From: Nitrosopumilus sp.
GTDB taxonomy: Archaea; Thermoproteota; Nitrososphaeria; Nitrososphaerales; Nitrosopumilaceae
Reading direction: 5' to 3'
Assembly (NCBI GenBank): GCA_965204345.1
Contig: CBDBEK010000006.1
Span: forward strand, 1 to 10,221
DNA: 10,221 bases
A model generated the notes under the pieces. The model did not search any database. It worked only from the letters and a program-made list of their open reading frames with translations, and was not told where the DNA came from. The translations under genes were made by a program, and so were the position numbers. Shown here in pieces: positions 1-7,087 of the stretch (positions are counted from its first letter, which is position 1; the number at the start of each line of letters is the position of its first letter).

Positions 1-114
1 GAATGTGGACATTCACTTACAAACCACATAATCACAGCAGACAGAAAATCACAAATTGTCAATGGAAAATGCAAGTCATGTCAATATGATGGAACATTAT
101 CTATAGAGCAGTAA
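1..114 (+). CDS. 3' end of a small Cys/His-rich, putative Zn-binding protein (5'-truncated by the window)
   Basis: Frame 1 reads ECGHSLTNHIITADRKSQIVNGKCKSCQYDGTLSIEQ* (TAA 112-114), with CGHxxxxH and CxxC motifs, followed by a T-rich tract (115-121). Confidence 0.55.
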   Translation, partial: ECGHSLTNHIITADRKSQIVNGKCKSCQYDGTLSIEQ

Positions 115-162
115 TTATTTTCTTGCAGAAATGCCATTGCTCAATGAAGCATTTTAACAGGC

Positions 163-222
163 ATTTTACACCGATAAATATAAACAAGATTGTAAGAATG
201 AAAAAAATCGATTAAAATGAAA
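163..222 (+). repeat. Copy 1 of a ~60-bp imperfect direct repeat containing a TATA-like box and the ATG-AAA start
   Basis: ATTTTACACC (163-172), ATATAAACAAGATTGTAAGAATGAAAA (178-204) and TCGATTAAAATGAAA (208-222) each recur exactly within 475-532. Confidence 0.9.
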
Positions 223-495
223 GAAGTGTATTTCATGTTTAGATGTACTAAGGACAAACATACAAACTGTATACCAATGCGTAACGCTTCTATGAAATCA
301 TCTAAAAATATCTTACAAGCATATACTACTGGTACCACATTTGAAGGGACTAGATATTGTGTAACTGGAAAAGCACTAGTCCAAGAAAATGAAATCAAAG
401 AGTTCATCAAAAATTTATGGAAAATTAAATCAAATGCAGCAAAACCCACTGGTGTAAAAAACATCAAAGTTCTAATTTTACACCAAGGGATATAA
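217..495 (+). CDS. 92-aa protein, probably a divergent standalone Lrp/AsnC ligand-binding (RAM) domain
   Basis: Segments VYFMFRC, ILQAYTTG...YCVTGKA, EIKEFIKNLWKI and GVKNIKVLIL follow the order of archaeal standalone AsnC proteins (AYVLINC...YDIIAKV...WKIRKI.GV.ST.TLIV). There is no HTH. A TATA-like box sits at 179-184. Confidence 0.5.
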   Translation: MKEVYFMFRCTKDKHTNCIPMRNASMKSSKNILQAYTTGTTFEGTRYCVTGKALVQENEIKEFIKNLWKIKSNAAKPTGVKNIKVLILHQGI

Positions 496-532
496 ACAAG
501 ATTGTAAGAATGAAAAGTCGATTAAAATGAAA
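475..532 (+). repeat. Copy 2 of the direct repeat; likely promoter and start of the nusA-like gene
   Basis: ATTTTACACC at 475-484, the 27-bp identical core at 490-516 and TCGATTAAAATGAAA at 518-532. A purine-rich BRE-like AAGGGA precedes TATAAA (491-496). Confidence 0.9.
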
Positions 533-1042
533 CTTCCAATTTGTGGCTTTGATGCAAAAAATTCGGTGTTATGTCCCTCAGTGTGAGAGCAAAGTAGAGT
601 CAGGGATACTGACAAAGGCAGACGTGGAGGCATCAATGAATATTGCAAGCATTGCAGAATCAAATAAAGAGATTGATGATTTTACGCTATACTCGTGCAG
701 GGAATTTGAGGGAAATTTTGTTTTATCATTGGCAAAATATGACATTATGGTAATCAGAAAGAGTCGCACGCTATACCGCATATTGCAAGAGCAGTTCAAT
801 GGCAAAATTTGGCTGGTAGAATCTGATGAAACCGACAAAAGATTCATTGAGGACCTGTTTTTTCCAATCAGGATTTTATCAGTTAATGCGGTGTGGGTAT
901 CAGGGGAGAATTCCAACTACAAGGGGCAGTTGTTTCAGGCAAATGGACCCCAAAATTTCCAATTGACACAGAAAAAGTGGTGCAAATAGTCAGAAATGCC
1001 AGAAACCTTGACCTTGAAATAGAGTTTGAAGATAAGAGATAG
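527..1042 (+). pseudogene. nusA: Archaeal NusA-like transcription elongation factor (Zn-finger N-terminus paralog) with three apparent +1 frameshifts; may be sequencing error
   Basis: ATG527 gives MKLPICGFDAKNSVLCP. The middle QCESKVESG...KIWLVE...FIEDLFFP...NAVWV lies in the 543..989 ORF frame. The end AVVSGKWTPKFPIDTEKVVQIVRNARNLDLEIEFEDKR* (TAG 1040-1042) returns to the start frame. Removing single bases at ~575-577, ~907 and ~923-926 restores a 170-aa protein like thaumarchaeal NusA-like proteins. Confidence 0.75.
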
Positions 1043-1192
1043 AGACGACCTTTGTAAAACCTCTGGATATCTCAGGACAGGCAGAGGCGGATGGCCAGAA
1101 TGAGCAGAATACCCTCATGCAAAATGCCTCATTTTACAAGGAAAATTCAACCTAGATTCCGATAACCCGACAGAACCCAACAATGATCTATC

Positions 1193-1202
1193 TTATATTA
1201 AA
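1193..1202 (+). promoter_or_regulatory. Putative TATA box for the 1222..1806 gene (leaderless spacing)
   Basis: TTATATTAAA starts 29 nt upstream of ATG1222. Confidence 0.45.
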
Positions 1203-1221
1203 CCCCAAATATAATATTGTG

Positions 1222-1806
1222 ATGGTTTCAGTCAAGACAATAATAACTGTTTTTTCAGTGTTATTGATTGTTCCAGTAGGAATCAGTTTTGCACAGCTAG
1301 TAAACGAGGATAATTCAGAGAAGAGTAATCTTGATGTCATAAGTGATGATGATGGCACAGTAGGACCAGTTGGAACTGTAAATGAGCTGTACAAAGGCCA
1401 TAGCACCATTACCAATATCATGATAGATCATTCAGAAGGCAATTATGCCATAGCTGATGAGCTGGTATTTACTGCAACTTTTGTAGATGAGGAGACAGAA
1501 GAGCTAGTTGTGATGCTTGATCCGATACTGCCAAGTCTTGGAATATATCCAGATGCAGGAGACATTGAGGATGTTTTGGGAACCGAGGAACTGTCAATTC
1601 GCATAGAGTTTGGAGTATTCATTCCCGAAAGCCATGCAGATGATTTGCCAACACCAATAGACACAGCGATATCATTGTATGAACTCAGATGTGTATTACC
1701 AACAACAAATGGTTTGTGCAGTGCATTGACAGATAATTTAGAGATGCTTGGCTATACGTTGGATTCTAACAACATGTGGCAGGCCTCATCTTTGACACTT
1801 CCTTAG
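1222..1806 (+). CDS. Secreted acidic protein (~194 aa) with a segment resembling an S1 (alpha-lytic-type) protease prodomain; no catalytic domain
   Basis: Signal peptide MVSVKTIITVFSVLLIVPVGISFA; D/E-rich body; motif FTATFVDEETEELVVMLDP...IEDVLG...IRIEFG; a Cys pair near the C-terminus. ATG1222 is preferred over 1183 because of the signal peptide and TATA spacing. Confidence 0.7.
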   Translation: MVSVKTIITVFSVLLIVPVGISFAQLVNEDNSEKSNLDVISDDDGTVGPVGTVNELYKGHSTITNIMIDHSEGNYAIADELVFTATFVDEETEELVVMLDPILPSLGIYPDAGDIEDVLGTEELSIRIEFGVFIPESHADDLPTPIDTAISLYELRCVLPTTNGLCSALTDNLEMLGYTLDSNNMWQASSLTLP

Positions 1807-2054
1807 AGTATCTGCATGTGTAGTTGACATCTGATTATTGTGAGGTATAATATCATACACTGCTACACTACTGGTTGTCTGATTTGGACACAAGTAATGA
1901 AGACGCTGCAATTAAGGTGAAAAAGGCAGTTAGATGTGATTTAAGATGTTTTGAGTCTTCTTCTGCCTAAGAGTCAATACAAGCAATGCCTAACTTATTC
2001 AGTCAGGAGGACTACCAACAAGGATAATAACTACAGTTATAATTATAGTCTATC

Positions 2055-2261
2055 TTGAATGCAAAAATTACGTTATCAATTATAATTTTTTCAATAGTTA
2101 TTTTATTTGCGTATCCACTGGATTCTGCATCCCAGACTGATGATGAGAATGCACAGTTTGAAGTGCCAGGCAATCTTATTCCAGATGACAATTCCCCAGA
2201 TTCTGCTGCAAACGTGGATATACCATCCAAGTTTGATGGCGGTTTTTATGATAAAATCTAG
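2055..2261 (+). CDS. N-terminal signal-peptide portion of the large protease, separated from 2301..6185 only by an in-frame TAG
   Basis: TTG start, hydrophobic KITLSIIIFSIVILFAY. Same frame as the 2301 ORF: ...FYDKI-TAG(2259-2261)-GLISEVPQDGDYG-VHDGTRYY with no other stop. Confidence 0.75.
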   Translation: MNAKITLSIIIFSIVILFAYPLDSASQTDDENAQFEVPGNLIPDDNSPDSAANVDIPSKFDGGFYDKI

Positions 2262-2300
2262 GGTCTCATATCTGAGGTACCCCAGGATGGCGACTATGGT

Positions 2301-5300
2301 GTGCATGACGGTACGCGATACTATGATGTCCTAATTATAGTGGTCAGAGATGACGGAGACAATGACAGAGATGCAGATGAGACAGCGCGCGAGAACAAGG
2401 ATGCAATAGTACAGAAACTTGATCTTCTTGGCGCACGCAACATAGCAGCAGCAGAGTCACTGTCATTTGTAACTGCATCCATTCCGGTTGCTGACATTCC
2501 GGGAATCTCACTTTATGACGAGGTATATGCCATGGGAGATGGTGAAATTCCCGTGACTCTGGAGATTGATACGGCTAGGGGAACCGTACATGCAACTTCA
2601 AATGAAATTCGTACTGCAACTGGCACCAATCTTGACGGTAGAGGAGTTCTTGTTGCAATCATTGACAGGGGCATCAACCACAACATCGCATTTAACGACA
2701 GAATCGCTGACCGTGTAGAGTGCGATGATACGTGTGAGCCTGCAACTGCTGCCAGTGTGATTGGTGTTAACAGTACTAATGCGCTTTCTCCTGCTTTTAC
2801 ATCTCATGGTACGCATATAGCCCAAGTCCTTGCCGCATCAGGACTCCCAGCTCATAACGGCATTGCGCCCGGTGTGGAACTTTTGGATGCCTCAATTACC
2901 AGGCATACTGTAGATGACGATAACAATCGTACCTTCATTAGTGCAAATAGAAATGATGTGGCACATGCCCTTGACTGGTCTCTCAAAAAAGGGGCCGACA
3001 TAGCAACCACGAGTTTCGGTTTTGGAATCTGCAATGGAGATTATGGAAACACAACCAACCTCATCACAAATGAGGCAGTTGACAAGGGAATGGTTCTAGT
3101 ATCATCTGCAGGAAACAGGGGCATGATTTATGGAGCACCACGAGAGGCAGTTTATCAGTCAATAACACATCCCGGATGCGGACACAATGAAATTACCGTA
3201 GGCGGAATAAATGATCGTGGTGAAATAATAAAAAGGGCAGACTTTTCAGGCAGGGGTCCCGCACCCGGAACAGTCCTGTTAAAGCCTGAGATAGTTGCAC
3301 CTGCACATCATCTTCTGACACTGGACAATGTTGCAGATGCTGACACTTTTAGTCCTCGGTCCGGAACCAGCCTTGCTGCTCCCCAGGTAAGTGCAACTGC
3401 CGCCCTGATGCTACAGGCAAAACCTGATCTGACTCCAGTTGAGATAAAGACCATACTTCTTCTTGGGGCTGACTGGACTGGTCCAGTCCCTTGCACATCT
3501 GCACAGTATGAAGTAAACAATACCGGCGACAACTGTTCTCATGCCAGACAGTATTATGATGATGCTAGAAGAGACCATCCTGCATATCTTCAAATACTAA
3601 ACAATGTGGGCTTTGGCATACTAAACACTGCCGAGTCACTCAGGTATGCTCAAAGTGAATCATCATCCCACATAATATCAGATAGTCTTGTATCAAATAC
3701 TGACACAAAGCAGTACTGGTTTACAGTACAGGACACATCAAAGCCAGTCAAAGTGATACTGTCATGGCTGGTTCATCCAGATGGCAGTATTGCAGGACAG
3801 TTGTCACGTACTCAGATGCCAGTTCCTATTGCGAATCTGGATTTTACAATAACGTCGCCAGATAATACCACAATACGGGCAACATCAGAGCATCAGACAA
3901 ACGAGTTTGCAGTGTTTAATCCCTCTCGCGCTGGAACATACACCATAACAGTTAGCGGCTCTAACATTGATAACATAAACAAGCCGGTACAAGACTTTGC
4001 ACTGGCAAGTACCAATCCTATTATGCTGACGCCACCGCCACCAACCACCTCAACTACAATATCTGAGGATTTTGGAAATCTGGAGAACTGGACTCAGAGC
4101 GGAGACTCTAACTGGATAATTCGCACCCCATCTACTGCAGTACCGGGCAGCCAGTCAGGCAACACGGTAGCTTATTCCTCAAACTGTGATAGAACATGCA
4201 CAATCACGCTATCTCCCGTGGATCTGTCCTCCCGACAGCCAGGACATCTCACATTTGACAGGTTTGTTAGCTCTGAACTGGATGCCGGTGAATATCTCAA
4301 AGTCGAGCTGTATGATGGCTCATCATGGGATATGATATTTGACTGGCGGCCATCTACAAGTGACAATGACCATAAATGGCATACTGAATCATACAAGCTG
4401 TCACCTGAATATCAAATAGATGATCTACAGGTGCGCATAACAGCACGCAGTAGTGCATTTAGTGAAAATATAATGATAGATAACATGTCGATTCAGAACT
4501 CGGCATCTACTGACAATGCCGTTGTATTTTCAGATGACTTTGAGGACGGTACACTAAACAAGTGGACAAGTACAAACGAGCCGGACTGGAGGGCAGATAG
4601 TTTTGATGAATACCGGCTGCCTCCAGACCATCCAAGCAGCAACAAGGTTGCAGAGGCTGACGACTGCCATTCGCTTTGCACCATAACCATATCAGAGCCA
4701 ATTAACATCTCAAACCTGAAAAACCCGACACTGGAGTTTTGGAGATATGTTGACAGGTCATTGGATAGCTATGATGAACATGGTGAGCATCTCAAAGTAG
4801 AAGTTACAACCAACGGAAACACCTGGAGGCAGCTTGACTTTTGGACTGATGAGAATGGCGATAATGATGACGCATGGCATGCTGAGAAATACGACCTGAA
4901 TGCCTACAGGTCTGATACATTTAATGTGCGCTTTACGGCATCCATGAGTTCTTCTCATGAGGAGGTGGGAATTGATGATGTGATAATTAAGAGCACGTCA
5001 AGTATGCCTGTTCCACCACCTGTACCACTAGATTCTGATGGTGATGGCGTGCCAGACAGGTCAGATAATTGCCCACAAACACCGGGACCGGTAAAACTAA
5101 GGGGATGTCCTGATACCACACCGCCTGTGATTACGGTGCCTGATGACATTGTATCTAAAATCAGGGCAGGCATTGTCAAATATATCGAGTTTAGGGTAAC
5201 TGCTGTGGATGATGCAGATGGCACTATTGTGCCATCATGCAACCATGATACGGGATTCTTCCCAATTGGCATAACAACGGTGACATGTACGGCAAGAGAT

Positions 5301-6185
5301 GCTGCAAACAACCCATCAACTGCCAGCTTTACCATAACCATACACCCAAGATCAGGAACTTTTAATCCAGACACTGACGGTGACGGATACCATGACGGAA
5401 TTGACAACTGTCCAAATGAGGCAAGTGCAACCAACCGTGGTTGCCCAGAAGTGCCAGAACCAACGGGTACGATATATTATGGCGGTCAACAAACTACAAA
5501 GCAAATTGAAAAGAGGATTGGCGGTATTGATATCAGAGATAGTACAATTACCATTGGTGCAACAAAAACAAACGGACAGGTGGGCTTTGTAACATCAGGC
5601 CATCAACTTGAAATTGAACCGAATACCACAATTGACGGATATTTCATAGGTGAAGAAAAAAGAAGGCTTGCAACAACCAATGCGGAATATCATTTGAATG
5701 GTATTGGCGATGTAGGTTTTGTACCAATAACTGAATCCGACATCCAGGTATCACAAGATCAAATCATAAAACATGACGGTGCTTTTGTAATTGTAGAACA
5801 GGGTACATCAGCATCGCTATCAACAGGTTCTAAGGTAAACATCTATGGAATAAGAAACAATGGTGGAGGCTCAGTCTTGTACACAGATGCAACCATCTTT
5901 GACAGTGGCAATGGCGTACTTACCAATCAAGTATTAACAAATTATCCTAGCAGAAATGGTGATAGCGGTGCTCCAATAATATTTGTCGAAAATAATGTAA
6001 ACAAACTTGTGGGCCTGCATCAGGGTTACACCTGTTTCTTTGATGCGATACAACCAACTCATACAACATCATTTGACATAAGAGACCATCCAGGTCTTTG
6101 CCGTAACAATGATGATGGTGATGTAGGTTATTTCAGAGTATTTACTCCTTGGGATGACGCAAAGGAATCACTGCGACTGCGATGA
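2301..6185 (+). CDS. Large multidomain serine protease: S8 subtilase, PPC-like beta-sandwich, two MAM-like jelly-roll domains, TSP3-like/HYR/TSP3-like, and a C-terminal S1 chymotrypsin-like domain (true start probably 2055)
   Basis: S8 motifs: VAIIDRGI (Asp 2664), SHGTHIA (His 2805), SAGNRG (Asn 3114), SGTSLAAPQV (Ser 3369). Paired EDF..W / FSDDFEDG..W domains at ~4060-5000. DSDGDGVPD..DNCP and DTDGDG..D..DNCP repeats flank the HYR motif DTTPPVITVP..FPIGITTVTCTARD. S1 motifs: GFVTSGH (His 5601), GDVGFV (Asp 5709), GDSGAP (Ser 5964). Confidence 0.9.
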   Translation: MHDGTRYYDVLIIVVRDDGDNDRDADETARENKDAIVQKLDLLGARNIAAAESLSFVTASIPVADIPGISLYDEVYAMGDGEIPVTLEIDTARGTVHATSNEIRTATGTNLDGRGVLVAIIDRGINHNIAFNDRIADRVECDDTCEPATAASVIGVNSTNALSPAFTSHGTHIAQVLAASGLPAHNGIAPGVELLDASITRHTVDDDNNRTFISANRNDVAHALDWSLKKGADIATTSFGFGICNGDYGNTTNLITNEAVDKGMVLVSSAGNRGMIYGAPREAVYQSITHPGCGHNEITVGGINDRGEIIKRADFSGRGPAPGTVLLKPEIVAPAHHLLTLDNVADADTFSPRSGTSLAAPQVSATAALMLQAKPDLTPVEIKTILLLGADWTGPVPCTSAQYEVNNTGDNCSHARQYYDDARRDHPAYLQILNNVGFGILNTAESLRYAQSESSSHIISDSLVSNTDTKQYWFTVQDTSKPVKVILSWLVHPDGSIAGQLSRTQMPVPIANLDFTITSPDNTTIRATSEHQTNEFAVFNPSRAGTYTITVSGSNIDNINKPVQDFALASTNPIMLTPPPPTTSTTISEDFGNLENWTQSGDSNWIIRTPSTAVPGSQSGNTVAYSSNCDRTCTITLSPVDLSSRQPGHLTFDRFVSSELDAGEYLKVELYDGSSWDMIFDWRPSTSDNDHKWHTESYKLSPEYQIDDLQVRITARSSAFSENIMIDNMSIQNSASTDNAVVFSDDFEDGTLNKWTSTNEPDWRADSFDEYRLPPDHPSSNKVAEADDCHSLCTITISEPINISNLKNPTLEFWRYVDRSLDSYDEHGEHLKVEVTTNGNTWRQLDFWTDENGDNDDAWHAEKYDLNAYRSDTFNVRFTASMSSSHEEVGIDDVIIKSTSSMPVPPPVPLDSDGDGVPDRSDNCPQTPGPVKLRGCPDTTPPVITVPDDIVSKIRAGIVKYIEFRVTAVDDADGTIVPSCNHDTGFFPIGITTVTCTARDAANNPSTASFTITIHPRSGTFNPDTDGDGYHDGIDNCPNEASATNRGCPEVPEPTGTIYYGGQQTTKQIEKRIGGIDIRDSTITIGATKTNGQVGFVTSGHQLEIEPNTTIDGYFIGEEKRRLATTNAEYHLNGIGDVGFVPITESDIQVSQDQIIKHDGAFVIVEQGTSASLSTGSKVNIYGIRNNGGGSVLYTDATIFDSGNGVLTNQVLTNYPSRNGDSGAPIIFVENNVNKLVGLHQGYTCFFDAIQPTHTTSFDIRDHPGLCRNNDDGDVGYFRVFTPWDDAKESLRLR

Positions 6186-6201
6186 GCAATACACATACTC
6201 G

Positions 6202-6210
6202 TTATTTTTT
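6202..6210 (+). terminator. Putative archaeal oligo-T terminator
   Basis: TTATTTTTT lies 16 nt after the protease stop codon. Confidence 0.35.
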
Positions 6211-6264
6211 ATATTATGGTGTGAATTCTACGTCTTGTTTTAATATGAGTGTAATTTTTGAAGT

Positions 6265-6981
6265 ATGATGCACTCCATATTGTTGCCAAGTCTGTTGATA
6301 ATTGCGGTAGTTGTTGGCGTTACAGCTATCGATGAATCTTTTGCAATTGCATGTGGCGATAAAAAAGAGATTATAAAATTTAAAACACGCGAGACATACT
6401 GTGTCACAGAAGACACATTTGATAAATTAGTTGAAAAAGGCTGGGGCGATGGCAGGTATGCCTTTTGGAAGATAGAAAGTTACAGAGATCGTGACCCCTA
6501 TAGCAACTATGACAAAAAGGAGATAGTAAAAGAGCGTGCAATTCATGTGCCTGGACTAATTTCAGTTGGTGGCATACCTGATAGCATTACTGCCAGGATA
6601 TTGGGTGGAATTGACACAGATCCCCCAATATTTTATGGTAATGGAACTTTTATTGGACATAACAATGTAGACTACAATTTTAACTATCAAGTAAGCTCAG
6701 TTGGTTTTAGGCATTTTTCTATTGAAAATGTCGAAACTGGTGAGGAAGTTGCATCACCAACTTATTTCTCAGCAACCCCTAGGTTCATTGATTTGTTGGC
6801 TAATCATACTGATTTCATTGAGAGACAGGGCATACCTGACAGCATAAGGTTTGATGAATTTTTTTATGATGATCTAATTTTATCTTTTGGCGGGGGAACA
6901 TTTGAATCCCTTGATAAAAACACCTACAGTTTCTATTTTGTTCAAGATGATCACAAGTTGAGAATTCTTGATATTGATTAG
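6265..6981 (+). CDS. Secreted/surface hypothetical protein with a thaumarchaeal C...K...CV..T..KL.E.GWG motif
   Basis: Signal peptide MMHSILLPSLLIIAVVVGVTA, then CGDKKEIIK...YCVTEDTFDKLVEKGWG. TATA-like TTTTAATA at 6238-6245. Confidence 0.75.
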   Translation: MMHSILLPSLLIIAVVVGVTAIDESFAIACGDKKEIIKFKTRETYCVTEDTFDKLVEKGWGDGRYAFWKIESYRDRDPYSNYDKKEIVKERAIHVPGLISVGGIPDSITARILGGIDTDPPIFYGNGTFIGHNNVDYNFNYQVSSVGFRHFSIENVETGEEVASPTYFSATPRFIDLLANHTDFIERQGIPDSIRFDEFFYDDLILSFGGGTFESLDKNTYSFYFVQDDHKLRILDID

Positions 6982-7087
6982 AAAAAACCGCCAAGATGCA
7001 TCCTGGCAATAAATTGTCAAATTCCAGTGATCAGATAACCAAAATATACCAAATCCATTAAATTGTATTTGTGGCAGTTAATCTGAC

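Noticed and set aside
510-530. Six-codon uORF (MKSRLK*) overlapping the nusA-like ATG
   Set aside because: It is not preserved in repeat copy 1 and probably starts at or before the expected TSS; there is no support for function.
141-916. Minus-strand ORFs 141..467, 478..663 and 578..916
   Set aside because: They overlap better-supported plus-strand genes that have promoters and family motifs.
543-989. Supplied 148-aa ORF as a complete gene
   Set aside because: It is the middle frame of the frameshifted NusA-like gene 527..1042; its termini are out-of-frame translations.
1929-1994. Integron attC site (GTTAGAT...GCCTAAC; also GTTAGGC...ACCTAAC at 7715-7763)
   Set aside because: The core motifs are in the reverse order to attC (RYYYAAC must come first), the stems are poor, the pattern is not repeated after each gene, and there is no integrase.
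2259-2261. Genome-wide amber recoding (pyrrolysine or TAG reassignment)
   Set aside because: map and the nusA-like gene end at TAG at their expected C-termini, reading through other TAG stops here gives only short extensions, and no pyl genes are visible.
2598-5592. Antisense and alternate-frame ORFs inside the protease gene, e.g. 4955..5434 (-) and 5380..5592 (+)
   Set aside because: These are shadow ORFs of a strongly supported gene and show no recognisable motifs.
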